From: Lama guanicoe | Taxonomy: Eukaryota | Reading direction: 5' to 3' | Assembly (NCBI GenBank): GCA_013239625.1 | Contig: MU054001.1 | Span: 1,119,884-1,183,883, forward strand | Length of the DNA: 64,000 nucleotides | Shown: one piece after another, positions 24,760 to 39,062 of the stretch | How the letters are laid out: each line of letters begins with the position of its first letter | How positions within the stretch are numbered: the stretch's first letter is position 1 | The notes under the pieces: generated by a model | The model's input: the letters and a program-made list of their open reading frames with translations, nothing else | Told to the model about the DNA's origin: nothing | The model's database searches: none | Translations under genes and position numbers: made by a program

Positions 24760-25248
24760 ATTGTGTATTACATACAAAATTACCTTGGGGTAATGTTTAA
24801 GCCCCAAACTTAACAAAACAATAAACGTGGATTATATCACATGGTTTCTCCAGGTCAGGGATGTGAGAGCAGGAATCCAAGGGTTCTTCAGGTGGCAGTT
24901 ATTGGAAGGCATGACTGGGGCTGGAGAATCTACTTCCGAGCTGGCTGACTCACTAGGACAGCTGTGGGCAGGAGGCCTCAGTTGCTCACCACATGGACTT
25001 GTCCCACTGGGCTGCTTGAGCATCCTCATAACATGGCAGCCAGCTGTCCCTGGAGTGAGTGATCCCAATAAAAGATGAAAGCCAAGTGTCTAGGATGTCC
25101 TGGCCTTGGAAGCTGCACACCATCGTCTGCTTAATATCCTATTGGTTACATGGGTCATTTCTATTCAGTATGAGAGGGGATTACTCAAGGGCATGAATAC
25201 CAGGAGGCAGAGATCATTGGGGGCTGTCTTGAAGGTTGGCTATCACAG
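24760..25248 (-). mobile_element. MLT1F/G-like solo LTR
   Basis: gactggggctggagaatctacttcc...ggcaggaggcctcagtt...gggctgcttgagcatcctcataacatggcagc...aagggcatgaataccaggagg...ggctatcaca. Confidence 0.85.
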
Positions 25249-25579
25249 TAATTAACATTCATAACTACTATCCCTGACTCTACCCCACCCACCACTGGCC
25301 TACAGTCCCCTCACCTGCTCCACAAATTGTCTCACTCACCACCAACTCCCAAGTTTCTTTTGGAACAGAAGAGAGTATAAGTTGACTTATTCACTTATTA
25401 AAACAATGTCCACCTATCATCCTATATTGAAGGTCCAAGGGGACCTGGCCCTGACACCCTCTTCTGTCTTGTTTCTACCATTTCCCTTCCACCACCCCAT
25501 ATTCCTGCCAACCTCAATGACCTGAAGACCCCTAATGTGGATGGTCACCCCCCCACCCAGCTGTATGCTTGTTAAAATG

Positions 25580-25655
25580 AGCTGTGTGACCTTTGACAGT
25601 TTTCTTAACCTCTCTGGGCTTCTCTTACCTCATCTGTAAAATGAGGATAATAAAA
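25580..25655 (+). mobile_element. MIR core fragment
   Basis: gctgtgtgacctttgacagttttcttaacctctctgggcttc...cctcatctgtaaaatgaggataata. Confidence 0.85.
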
Positions 25656-25659
25656 GCAG

Positions 25660-26460
25660 CCATGTGTATAGAGAAAAAGCACATACACACACCCAAGGAA
25701 GACATATATCCAGAAAGACCTGAGGAGACCTTAAGTTTTTATGCCAGGCTGATCCCCAGGCTCAGAACTTGCCCTGTTAATTGGTGAAGGTCTTACCCAC
25801 CATTCTGCAAAGACTGGGTGAAGCGGCTTATCTTTTAAATACCCAATTTTAAACCAAAGATGACAAGGCATACAAAGAAACAGGAAAACATGGCCCACAC
25901 CAAGGAACAAAATACATCTCCAGACACTATCCCTGAAGAGACATAGACACCAGACTGACCAGGCAAAGTCTTCAGAGTAACAGTCTTAAACATGCTCAAA
26001 GAGCGGAAAGAAAGCACAGGCAAATATCTAAAGGAAATCAAGAAGACAATATATGAACAAAATTATCATATCAACAAAAAGAAGTTACCTATTTAAAAAG
26101 AAGAACCAAAAGGAAGTTCTGGGGCTGAAAAATGTAATAGCAGAATTTGAAAATTCACTAGAGGGGTTCAAGAGCAGGTTCAAACAGGCAGAAGGAAGAA
26201 TCAGCAGACCTGAAGAGAAGTCCTTTGAAATTATTAAGTCTGAGGAACAAAAAGAATGAATAAAAAGTAAACAGAGTCAAAGGAACTCATGGGACACCAT
26301 TAAATCTACTAATACAAGCATCATGGAAGCCCCAGAAGGAGAAGAGAGTGAGAAAGGGTCAGAGAGATTATTTGAAGAAATAATGGCCAAAAAGTCCCAA
26401 AATTTTTTGAAATACGTGAATCTACATATCCAAGAATCTTAACAAACTTCAAGTAGGAAA
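25660..26460 (+). mobile_element. L1M 5' UTR/ORF1 remnant
   Basis: ORF 26053-26259 (KNQKEVLGLKNVIAEFENSLEGFKSRFKQAEGRISRPEEKSFEIIKSEEQKE) is a recognisable L1 ORF1p coiled coil, followed by atgggacaccat...tatttgaagaaataatggcc; the frame is broken by stops. Confidence 0.85.
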
Positions 26461-26469
26461 AATATACAC

Positions 26470-26905
26470 GCCCATTCACCCAAACATCTGACTTCTGAGA
26501 CATTTTTCCTTAAGGGAGTACCATAATCTTAAACTTGGCTGTAACAATTTTGAGTTTTAGAACAATTAGCCAGAAGTACTTATCACAGCCATTTTGTAAT
26601 TGTCAATAGTTGGAACAACCTTTGTGTCCAACAATAGAGATTTGTGTAAATGAAGTATATCTATAAGATGGGACATTGTGTAGCCATTAAAAATGATGTT
26701 GACAATGTTCTGAACTGAATGTTAAGGGAAAAGAAGGATTTACAAAATGGCCATGTGCAATCTGATTTTTGTAACCAAGGCAGGTACAAGTGTCTACATG
26801 TGAAAGAGGATTTGGAAAATAGCCATGAAAGAAGAGTAGATTTTTTTCTGAATGAGTGAGAATGTATGTGTTTTTCCTCTTTTTGCCTTCTTTTTCCTAT
26901 TTAAA
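26470..26905 (+). mobile_element. Old L1 (L1ME-like) 3' fragment
   Basis: ttggaacaacctttgtgtccaacaatag...tgtagccattaaaaatgatg. Confidence 0.6.
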
Positions 26906-29900
26906 AAAAAAAACTACTGCTTTAGTCACATATCTAGTAAATGTCAGAAGTGAGATTTGAGCTGGTACTGCTGTCCGGTACACTGTGTTGCTTTCTGTCC
27001 TGGCACCAAATAGCTCCACTTGAGTCTCTCTTGAGTTAGAAAGGTCTCTTTCCCTGGGGACAGCCTCCATACCCACGCCTCACTACTTCAAGCACATTAA
27101 CAAGTTTAGGGAGGATTCTTAGGTTGATAAAACCTGAAGTTTCATCATCCGCGTTGGCTTTCTATTCTAAATTATCTGCTAAGCCAGACTTGGCTTTTTT
27201 GCTTATGGACACTAAACCTTAATCACTCTTTCACTTGTAAATCAAAAAGCCACTCACTAGGAGCCCCACGCCTGCTCCACGCCCTCCCCAGACCCCTGCC
27301 ATTAATCCTGAGGGCAAGAGCCAAGAATGGGGATGACCAAACAGTTCAAGCTAGACAGTCTCATTTCTGAGTTTGTCAAGATGTCTTAGCAAATTTCCTC
27401 TGTAATTTACATAATTTCAGCTAGCATCACTTTCCCCCAAGAGGCTTTGTATATCAACCATAAACAGGAAATACGAGTCAGTCCGCTCACCTTTGCCAAA
27501 GCCTAAATGAAATCAAGTTTAAAAAGTAATAAAATAAAATGAACGATGGTCATTACCTTGCCACAGCGATTTCACAATAACAAGGTCTGACAAGTATGAA
27601 TTCACACCACAGCCATATACATGCCCAGACTATATGAAGCGATACTCACTTCCCAGCATTATGGACTGTTTTTTCATCCCAAAGAATCTTCAGAATTCAA
27701 GTCTATGAAATTTGAACTGTGCAGTCTCTGCAAGAATGAAATTCCACCGGGAAGGGGATTCAGATAGAAGTCAACTGATGGATGGTTCCGCTTGGAATGC
27801 ACAGCTTTTAATAATAAAACAAATCTTATCACAAATCCAGGAATATTTTGCCACCAAGAGTAGAAAACTGAACCATTGGAAAGTCATGCAGTCACAAAAG
27901 ATGCTAAATCCCTGAACTCATTAACTTGGGAATAAAAAAGGAGTCCATTTTCTATTTGAGGGGCAGATTCTTTTCTGGAAAGACTCTTTCGAATTTCAAG
28001 AGGACCCCAGAATGTAGCACAGTGATGCTCTCAGTTAGAAACTCACCCCGGGTACAGCAGAGCAGGGAGGGTGATCTTCACTGGACCTAAGACTTCCTGG
28101 GAAAGCGCGTACCCTATAGAAAATGAGAGCTGAGTCGCAGAACTCCAGCACCACAACAATGGGTCAGTGTGGGAGAGGAGGGCTGTCTTACTACTTGAAT
28201 TCTAGGAATAAGAAGCCAAAAGAAAGAGAGAGTCAAATGAAAAGAGCTAAGAGAAAAGTAATGTTAGCTTCATTAGAAAGCTAATGAAAAGAGCTTCTTA
28301 TAGCTTAAGAGTTCTGTTAAATATTCAAAGCACTGATTAGACCTGCTCTGTAACTGAGGCACAGAGTGAGGGGTAGAGGGAGGAGCTAATATTAGGGGAA
28401 TGAATGAACTCAGGAGAGTGGATAGCCTGCGCACAGGGTGGGAAAATGGGAGTGGACTTTATATGGAGGCTTCAGCAGTGGCAATGAAGAGAAACAATTG
28501 AGAATGGGACACAAGACAAATGGTAGATTCCGGATGGCAGCTGAGAAGACCGGAGTGTCCATACATGTGAGACACCTCGGGCCACTCCCAGAGCAAGCTA
28601 AGGAAATCAGAATTCTATTAACAGAAGAAGGGGGAAGTGCTAACACGGCATAAACCACACAGGTGCACAGTCAATCTCTCGAAAAGAAGGAAACATCAAG
28701 AAATGAAGGAATTCCCAGATTTCCAGCAGAATTTGAGGAATATGCCCCACTCTCTCCAGGACCAATCATGAGATACAGAATAGAAGGAATCAGAATCGGT
28801 GTCCTTAAAGATTATGATGTCTTCCATAAGAACTATGTTTTTTATTCCCAGGAAACGAAGACCTAAAACTAAGACTTCTACAAGGGAAAATGTATAAGTC
28901 AAACCTATACTGAAGGAAGGCAAGAAAAAAAGAAGAAACAGGAGGGGGAGAAAAACATCATTAGGTATCTGGGGCATTAGGTTTGAGGTCACCAGCTTTT
29001 CCTTTTCTGGGCCTTATTAAAATGTTCGAGACCAAAAAATATATGTACTGTATTTATTGGCTCCAAAATATGAAAAGAAAGCCATAAAATTGAAATTAAT
29101 AGGTGTTTAATGAAAATGTCTGCAAAACTTAATATTATACCAACTTCATTAATGGCTAAACTTAGTTTTCATAGAAGTTCTATTCTATTGGAAAACAGTT
29201 TGAAGGGTAGATAATTCCTCTCTAGGCAGGAATTCCTAGGTGACCCTGATGATTGCCAAGAAATCTCAGCCATCGTAAGTGAAATAAAGTACTCATGGCC
29301 AAAGCATTTCAAAAGTGAAATTTTTCTTCCAAATCTTGTCAACAGTCTTTGTGACAGTGAGGGCGGGGTGCATTTTAATACATGTAGGGTGATGCAGGGT
29401 GGGGTCTCAAAGGGAGGGATGCCCAGGTGTCAAGATAGCACAGCACATGGGACACCACAGAGCCAGTGTCCCACGAGACAGAGGCAGCAGTCAAAGGAAA
29501 TCTGCTCGGCACCATCCCCCAGTCCCCTTCGGGTGGCCCAAGTCCTGCCTGGCTCCCAGCGCCTCCCTGGCTGAGCCCCCAACTCCCTTTTAAGCTTCTA
29601 TCATAGCAACAGCCCCAGGGCCAGACCCCCTAATTGCCAGCTTCTTCTAAGTGCCAGGAAAAAAACCAACCACAACAACCCTCTCCAGCTCTCCCCCCTC
29701 CCAACACGAGCCCAGGGGGTCAGGCAGGTTCAAAAGGGGAAATAAATGAATCTTTACACATTATAAGGACCCAAGCAACATTCTCGGTGGCATTAGTGCC
29801 TGAAATGGCAGCAAGTAAAAGCAGGTGTGCTGAGCGCCCTGTCAGCTAACGACACTGATAAGCCTGCCATGCCTGGTTCTGCTTCATTTCAAACAGACTG

Positions 29901-30323
29901 CTGGAATAAAAAAAAAAAAAAAAGGAGGGAAAAGCCAGAGCAGAAATAATTGCTGGAGCTTCCAGTGAGCGGAGGGAGCCTGCAGGCAGAGATCAACGCG
30001 CCTGATTTCATCCTCTTCCTTTTATTTCTATAACCTTAAACGTTCTGCTATTATAAAAGTCATCATGTCAGCTTTCTCCCCAGCCTCTCCGGCTGCCCAT
30101 TTTCAAATTGTACCAATTGGTAAGGCTTTTGGGATGAAGGATTTTTGTCTTGATTTACGGTTTCTGTGCTTTAAAGATGAAGCAAACTCTACTGACCTGG
30201 TTCGAGCGTGGAGGCGCGCTGCTGTCCTGGGCGCATGTTCATCGTCAGATCCTCCCCAGACAGCATAGAAACTAGGGAAGGGCTGGCGTGTGTCTCTTCT
30301 TCTTCTTCTTCTTTTTTTTTTAA

Positions 30324-30565
30324 ATTAGGAGTTTGGGATGAACAGATACACATTACTGTACATAAAATGGATAAACAACAAGGACCTCCTGTCTAGCACA
30401 GGGAATTATATTCAATTTCTTGTAATAACATATAACAGAAAAGGATCTGAAAAGAAAAAAATAGATGTATATGTATGTATAACTGAATCGCTTGGCTGTA
30501 CACCTGAAACCAACATTGTAAATCAACTACATGTCAACTTACAAAAAGAAAAAAATATATATTAA
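30324..30565 (+). mobile_element. Cetartiodactyl-type L1 3' end (short, 5'-truncated)
   Basis: taggagtttgggatgaacagatacacattactgtacataaaatggataaacaacaaggacct...tagcacaggga...gtataactgaatcgcttggctgtacacctgaaac...tgtaaatcaactac plus an A-rich tail. Confidence 0.85.
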
Positions 30566-31655
30566 AGCAAACGGCAAGTGAATAGCATTGTCATGAATCT
30601 CCTGCTAAAGTGGTGAAGGGGAGTCTTTGATCCTCAGCAGTCATTTGGGTCTGGGGCAGCAGGCTTTCAGTTCTGGAGGCTATTGATGACCGCTGGCTTC
30701 AAAACTGGGGAAGTGAGAACTAAGAGGTGTGCGGGCAGAGCAGGGAGCTCGCGGCAGGGTCCTTCTGAACACCCACTTTCTAAGTAAAGAAAGAAAGGGG
30801 CTGAGAAACAGGGGCTGTGCTGGCCTTTCTACCTAGAGGAGTGCATCAATGGTAAAGAAGTAGTAAACAGAAAATAATACAAGCCTGAACTGCCGATTGC
30901 AGCAAGTCCACAGTGAATGCTCATACCTTGATTTCTAAGACCTGGAGAGTGGGTTATTCAAATGTTCGAGTGCATCCTGGGAGGGCTGCAGGACAAACAG
31001 CAACTTCCACAGTCCTCTTTGCACCCTGTCCATCGGGAACTCTGGAATAAATGACCTGCTGGCTTTGTCATGCAGAAAAGTGTGCCCAGGTCCCACCTGT
31101 CACGCACCACCCCACCAGGGCAGCAGGTAGTAAACTAAAAAGGGAGCCTGAAGGCAGGAGGAGAGACTCAGACACAGAGTAAGAGGCTGAATTCCCTCCA
31201 TCAGGCTCTGAACCAGCATCCTTTGCAGCAGATTTGGCACTGGGGGTGAGTTTGGTGCAGTGCAGTGGAGGCAGGAGGAAGACCACTGTGTAGGAATCGT
31301 GGGTCAGATTCAGGGGCCCCGATGGCCTAAGTGCAGCCAAACACATATGAATTAATCAGACACCTGCACCACGAATTTATCAGCGGGACTCTCAGGATGG
31401 ATGTGGTGAAGACGTATGAGGCCCCATCTACGGATTTCCCTGGGAACGAGGATGGAGGTTCCCCACAGTCCCTTCCGTAATTCTTTCCAATTAATCTCTG
31501 TGTGCAGATTACAGGCCGCTTGAGTTACAGCATTGCCTCCCAGAGCTTCAAAAATCTCACTTTCCTGAGACTTAAGCCTCTTTCAAATCCTGCTAACAAG
31601 GGAGAGGGCTCTCCACGGCCCAGGTGAAACCGTGGCAAGAAATGAACCTCCGTGT

Positions 31656-31700
31656 TGAGGGAGAGGGAGAGAGAGAGACGAGAAAGAAAGAAAAAGGGAA
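31656..31700. repeat. GA-rich simple repeat
   Basis: gagggagagggagagagagagacgagaaagaaagaaaaa. Confidence 0.8.
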
Positions 31701-34700
31701 TGCTAATTGTGCCGGGGACGCTGACAGATTTGACAGAAAGTGTCTTCATTGAGAAATTACGATCTGAAGTTCCCCCTGGTTCCCTCAGAAACAGGAGGAG
31801 AGAGGCACGAGGGAGCCTGACAGGAAGTGAGGGTTCTGAGACTTCAAATACAAACATTAGAAAAAAAACAAGCAACATCTGCAAACAGTAAGTACTTATT
31901 TATATTTTATGGAGTGTGTGCTTGGGATCCTGACAGGTTTTTAAAACAGAGACCATATTAGGCCCATTCAGAGGCGAGAATGTCCCTTTTAAAAATGCAT
32001 TACCCCTCTGCACCGGCAGGTCGGCCGGCTCCGCTGGCCTCAGGTGAGCCCTGACCCCTCCCGACCTGGTCTAACAAAACACACATGCGGGTTTTGCAAG
32101 GAAACCGTTTACGGGGGGCCCCTCGCTCAAGGTCAGCGCAGGCGGGCGCTGGAGGGTTAGTATTCAGCAGGCTTCTCCCTCAGCTGACAGAGCCGCTTTG
32201 AACTTTTCCCTTTTGAACAAATAGGAAGGGAAACCACAAAGAAACAAGTGCTGGGAATCATAGAAAAGAGTGTGCAGCGAAAGAAATAAATAAGCCGCAA
32301 ATAAATAAATAAGTGGCCAGCCGTGTCCCGGGCAAATGAAAGGCGTCCCTCTTAGATTTTCAGTCTTCCCAGGCGTTGGGTGCCCATGAGAAACTTTAAA
32401 ATAAAAACAATAGGATAAACCTTCTATCTTTCCGCCCACTACCCCCCCCACCTCCTCCAAAGGATGAACCCTTTATTTTTGACAACAAATAAGAGGCAGT
32501 TGGCAGGTACGGTGTGCTGTGCACCATGAAATATTTAGTAAGGCAATAACGACTCCCCGGACAGCTTAAGAAAACCACGATTATATTCAGAGAGAAAGCC
32601 ACGAACAAACAGAGGAGGGGGAAACACAAAGAAAGATAAAGGAAGGCCTTTCATCCGGACTTCCTGTCCAATAATGCAGCCAGGCTTGATCCATATGTTT
32701 GGAGAAAAATCAAAGTGTCACAACCATCCAAAATGTCAATAGCTCCGGTAAGGAATATTGTCGAACATTTTCTATTACACCGTTCAAGAATTTGCCTCCC
32801 AGCGCAATTTGGAAGAAAAAACTTTTATTTCGAAAACGCTCAAAGGAAAGAGAGGAGGCGGGGGCTGGGAGGGAAGAGAAAACCAGGACAAGGCGCGTTT
32901 CAGCACGGGGTGTAATACAATCACGCTCTGGGCTCCCAGACCATCCTGAAAGTCAATCCTCTGATGAAAGTGAGCTCTCCTCCACACCTCTCATATGTTC
33001 TGTCCTTTTTTTTTTTTTTAATAGACGCTCTTGCAAAGGCACTTCCTGGATGGTTGGATGGAATGGAGCAATCTCCGTGCAGCGGGAAACCGGAGAAACC
33101 GAACTTCCAGCAGCCTTCATATTTGGGTAACCCTGCTGAAAGATGTAAGGTTGAGTCTGGAAGGCTCTCCTGGCTTCTCTCCATGATAGGTGCCTGGAAC
33201 ATGGGGCAACCCACCTTAGAGGGGTGAAAAAAAAGGACTGGCGGGTAAGCAAACAATTGACTGCGGCCTTGGCAGAATGTAAACAAAATCCACACACCTT
33301 CCCTTGGGGATCGGCCTGCAGCGTCTAGTTGGACAGAACTCGCCATACGGCGTCTCCTGGATTCGCCTCTTCAACATCCTGGAAATTCTAGAGGGAAAAA
33401 TCACGCCTGAGTGACTGCTGTCTGTGGCTTGTGGAATCTTAAATAGAATGAAGCAGGCCTCTGACAATCAGTACTACTGACATACTAATCTCTGTGTATA
33501 AGCCGTTGTTCACTTCAAGGCTGTCCCGGTCCCCAAAATAATTGTTAAATGCGCTTGAGACCTTTGTGCCAGTGGGTTGGTATTTCTCCTGGTCATCTAC
33601 ATGGAGGTAGCACGCCAGCTGACCAGGGAGGGGTTTGGTTTCATAAAATAAAACCGCAGAGCGGGCCTGACCTTGCTCCTTTTATCCCCTCTCTGCTAGG
33701 ACTTTCTGCTTCAGAACATACACTTGCCAAATGCTGAGAAGCTGCCTCTAACCCGTCCTGAGGGAGGGAGAAGCTGTTTGCATTTGTGCACAGGGAGAAG
33801 GGGAGAGCAGAGGCGGTTGTCTACATTTTTGCCCCAATTCCGAGTTTATCAGAAATTGTTTGGAAGCACGAGGTAGGCCAGGCACTCCACGTTTAAGGTT
33901 TCAAAATTCTAGTCTATTTTTTTCGTAAGGAATGGAAAGGAAAGGGCACACAATACTTCTGAGACTTCCCCAAGATTCTGAAATTTGTGACTCATGCTTG
34001 GGGCTGAAATTCACCCAATCTGCATCGTATTAAATTTGGGGATATTTTGTACCAGGTGATAAATAGCCATTCCCCTCCAAGCCTTCTGCTGCCTGCTGCC
34101 CTGGCCATCCCCCAGGGCCTCCTCCTTTCCCTTCATTCGGCACCTCAAGGGTTAACATCTGGCCAAGCAGAAGGCCCTTCAGGACATCCCCACCAAGCAC
34201 TGACTGGTGGGAGCCACTGCTCACCGTTATTGAATTATTTTGATATCACCCAAGCTCAGTTCCACCACATCCATCACCCAGTCTGAAGTCTTTCGGCCTG
34301 TCCTTGGTTGGGTTCCTGTAGAACTTCTCCAGGAGAGCAAGAAAGACAGCAGACGAGCCAGACTTTTCTAAGCTCTCCCTTCCTTGGTTGGAACTGGGTT
34401 TTTGACCACCCTCCATCTGAGCCGTGGATGGAGGTGCGGGAACACTGAGGAACATCAGGCCAAACAGGCGAAACTCAACCACCTCTTTCCCAAGTCACAA
34501 GCAGTAAACAGCAGCAGAAATCAGCAGCCACAAGGGTATAATTGTCATTAGTATGTAAATTTTAAAGGCGCAGCCAAAAATATCAATACCCCCCACTTAA
34601 TTTATTACTATATAAAGATGGATGGTAGTGGAGCATAGTATTGATTTTTAGAGGCCTTAAAAAAAAACAGCAAGGAAGAAAATAGTCAAAGACAACTTAA

Positions 34701-37700
34701 CACAAAATGCTGTGTCTCCAAATTAGTCATTGTGCTTTTTTAAAAACACGCACACACAAAACCACTGTACTGACAGCCTGCGTGGTTCAATCTTATTTGA
34801 TGGGCTTTTCCGAAAGTGAGGAAAAGGCAGAAGCTGTTTAGGTAAAGAGCCCTCTCAGACTGGATTCAATGTAAAGACGGGTTAGCATTTTTACTGTATT
34901 GACAGCAAACCATTAGGCAGCCACCCTCCAGCCCAGCCACTGAGAGGAAATCGAAGAGGAAGGTTCCCTGGCTGGGCTGGGCAGGGCCGCCTGTCAGCTC
35001 CCGGTCCCCGGCCGGCCGGGCTGTCACGGATCTTCCTCTCCCCGCCTGGTGTAATTCTGCCATCACTCCCACATTTACCAAAGTGTTAGTAGGAATAATC
35101 ATGACCACTAGATAAATAGGGAATTCATCAGCAGGTTTGAAACTGTTCTGGAGAGGCTGTAGTCCTGGGAAATGTGTTTGTGTCTGAAATGACGCAGAGA
35201 TCAGAACATCACTGTCCCCTGTGCCGTTAAAGGATGGGTCACTTCTCCGCTTCTGACATCTGGAGATGCCTGCATTTATACAGAGGGAGACGAGAGGTGG
35301 AGAGACGAGGTGGTGAGGGAGCAGAAAGAAAATGAAAGCAATAAAGATGTAGAGACATATTGATTTGGGAAGTGTCTGTACCGTCACACCACTTACTTCG
35401 TTTTGTTTTTCGGGAACTGGGGCTCTGCATCTTTGAACGCTCTCCTGATTAGAGCAGGTGAGCCTTTTTTGTAGCCTGGATCCAGGTTACTTCTCTCTAC
35501 ATCTCCTGGAGAGCCGAGATTTCCAAAAGAATAGGAATGCCCATGTTTGAAAGTAATAAGATAAGGATATTACCTGTCTCCTATTTCCTGAATTCCAGAG
35601 GTCTCTCTCGCGCTCCCTTCAACAAACCCTGTGAACTATGGATTACTGCCATGGGCTTTATTATGGCATCTGGGGAAACATTTTTTATAGAGATGTTCCA
35701 CCAATAATCAAGCTACAAGCCAAGAGGAGTCCCTCACATTCATCAGCCTAGAAATATGCACCTTTTCGAGAAGCATTTTGTCAAGAGAAACCCAGACTCC
35801 AATAAGAGCTGTTCAGCAGGGTCTGTGCTATCAGACTGAGATTTCTAATTTATCAGGATGCCTCTGCCGTATGAAGCAAGAGCTCTCCTCACTTTGCTTA
35901 CGAAGTAGAACTGTGGTTCACAATGAACATCTAGTTGCTAGCTGTCTTCTTGCTGTAATTGGATTTAATTCATTATCTTTCATTTCAATAAAATCACAGG
36001 GAAAACACAGGGATGAAAATGTGTAGGCTAATTGCTTATGGAAATTCAAGTGCCGCCCTCGGTATAAATTTACCCCTTGCATGAGGAAGACACAGTTGTG
36101 TCATTATCCTGGAATTTTCACAACAATATGTAATTATAGAGAGGAGCAGGTGTAATTAGCGAGTCTTTCCACAAAGCAGGTAGCATTCTTGGTTAAATAT
36201 TTACAGCTGCGCAAACAGCCAGTAATAACAAGAGTTTTCTCAGCCACACGTTACAGAGCATCCAACAAATATTATGAAAAGTGGTCATTATCAGCCCGGC
36301 AGGCACTGCTTTGCCTTCTCGCTTGTGAGAAACGCTTCTGTGCGGTTTGCAGGACGGGAATCTGGGCTGAGTCGGCAGTGCGGTTTCAACAGTGATGAAA
36401 ACACGGAACTATGATCACCTCTTCCCTTGCTGCTGCCGAGAGGAGCAATTAAAGCTGCATATTTAGAGGTGACATGAGCCAGGACTCCTGCACAGAAAAT
36501 GCGTCGCTTTTTTCCCCCTTCTTTCTTTCCTCGGTCCCTTTTCTGTCCAAAGGAAACCTGCAGCAAACGGCAAAGATGCCGAAAGCTGCAGGCTCGTAAA
36601 CTCCAAACCACTCACAAGGGTCAGCCTGACCTGCAGCTGTCGCACAAAATAAAATCAACGCAGCCCCCCACCCCTTCCTGGGCAAACACCCTCCGTGGCT
36701 CTTTATTACCAAATGATATGAACTTTGACCCAACCTGAACAAAATTTAATATTTTCTCCCAAATATTTTAAAAATTCATTCTGGGGCTCTAGAGGAGTCA
36801 GGGAGTCTGCGAGCTGTAATTTGACATCTGAATTATTCTGAGGCTGATACAGAAAGCTATTCACAAGCTTATTTGGAGAGGTGTCAATCAAGATATCACT
36901 TGTGCAGGGAAGATGGACGCAGGCTTAGGATGGCAGATAGCTTTCAGGGAACTACAAAATAAAGGGAAGGCAGGCTCTGATGAATACGTTACGTCTTCAT
37001 TCTTGACGATGACATTTTTTTTTCTCGATAGAGAGTACCAACCTAGGAGACTGGTATCCCCAGGATGTGCCTTTCTCCACACCTGTAAAGACATTTTAAC
37101 ATTTATTAAAAATGATAACCATAAACAACAAACATGGTGTCTGAAACTCGCCTCTGTTCATTTCAATGCGCTGATTAAGATTTTAAGCAACGCTTCTAAA
37201 TTAAGAGTGTCAGGCCGCCATCCTCGTCACAGGGTTGAGGTCCTGATCTCGCACGGGATTGTTTGAGCAGGCAGCCTTTCGGAGTGGATCGCCGAGCCGG
37301 GCCAGCGACGGTCCATGTTCTTTTCATTCCTTTTCGATGCGATGGGGGTGACTCAATTAGTCCCGATCATCCATGAGATGTGGCCCAAAATAAAACGGCT
37401 GGGCTCTGATAGCCTCCTCCCAAGGTATTTCCCAGCTGACAAGTCACAATGTTAATTACCCATTGTTGTGATCTGAAAGACACCGAATTTTAATTATGTA
37501 AATTCGGAGCCATTTTGTTCCTAGGAGCAAAAAAGCAGCAGACAGTGTTTTCCGTAGAGGGAACTGTAATTCCTGTTTGGAATCTCGGCAAACAACGGCA
37601 ATGCATGTGACGGGGCCAGGAAGAGTCAACTTCATCCTGGCCTGAGCAACCAGGGGACGACGTCTTTCTCAAGAGACAAAGAAAAGGACATGGTCTCCGA

Positions 37701-38864
37701 CATTTCGTTTCTTTTGGCATCTTTCTTGGGGGCCAGTTTGCTTGGCCGTGTCTGCTAACGTAGAGGGTGTCTATAATGGATGGCTTTGCAGTGGGCAAAC
37801 AAACGCCTCCACCTTCAGTACCTGTGACAGCCAAACCATTATCAAACAGAAGTTACATCAAGCACCTCCAACAGTTCCCCCAGATAAGCTGGAAATGTTT
37901 CCTGCTAACTACCAAAACTCTATTTAGAAAAATCCTTCAAGCTGAAGAATAAAATCAAGTTCTCCTTGAAGCTACGGGGATCCAGGAATCTTCCCCATTT
38001 CCCAGGGAACTCCTTATTCTGGAATTATGTTCTCCTTGGCTGTTCCTTCATCCGCTCATCATCCCCTCCGTCATTAGGAATCTGTCCAATGTCCAAGAGG
38101 TACATGGTACCGAGAGCATATGGGTGTTTATGGGGATCAAGCTGGACTTGATTTCAAGTTGGACTTGATCCCCCAGGGTTATATGGTGGTGTGTCTCAGA
38201 GCCTTGAGAAAACTGATGGGGTGGGGAGGGATCATGTAACTCAGCTAGAAAAGAATATAAAATTTTACGATTATATTAAAATGAACAGTGATATATTATG
38301 GACTAGAATTTAAATTTATTGATTTTTAAAGATGAAACAGGGGACTTGAAAGAAAATGTTCCCCTGGAGCATATTACCTAACCCTTGACTGCATCACACC
38401 CCAAGCCCTGGGAGGCTGGGTGAAAGATGGTTCAAGTTTTTGCTCCTTTGCTTTGAAAAGGCCTGGTGTGCCTTGGTCCTCAAAAAGTTTATGATCTGGT
38501 GCCTTTTTTTTTTTTTTTTACTGCTTCTCAGTCTGATAAAAAATGAACCAAACTGCGTCACAGAAGACCTGGTCCTACCCATGGGGTAACCTTTAATGCA
38601 AAGGACCAGAATTAGGACGAAGAGGGAGCTCTGGGGCGTGGGAAGGGAGGGGGAGCGTGGGGGAAGAGCGCATGCTTCACAAATAGGTCACGTCAACAGC
38701 CAAGAAAACAACTAGCCAAACTTAATCTGCAAGGTAAGCGGGCAACCAGAGACCTCAGCCCCACACCAGTCCTGTTTTCAGTAGGATTTTGGCAGAATAG
38801 CCTGAATTAAAACCTAATAACTTTGAGCAAGCCTGCCATAAGATGATAAATGAGAGGAAGAAGA

Positions 38865-39030
38865 GTAACTACCACTTAATGAACACTTGCTATGTGCCAG
38901 GTTTATTATCTTCTCACCAGATCGCCGTCACAAACCCATTTTCCAGATGAAGAAACTGAGGCTTCAGGGGCCTGAGCTTGCCCAAGCAGACACCTCTAGC
39001 AAGCCTGTGCTCCCATCCCTCTGCCACACC
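38865..39030 (-). mobile_element. MIR SINE
   Basis: cacttgctatgtgccagg...cccattttccagatgaagaaactgaggct...cttgcccaag. Confidence 0.8.
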
Positions 39031-39062
39031 ACCTGCCTCAAGTGCAATTCTGTACTCCAGGC

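Noticed and set aside
26053..26259. Coiled-coil ORF as a host gene
   Set aside because: It is a broken L1 ORF1p remnant.
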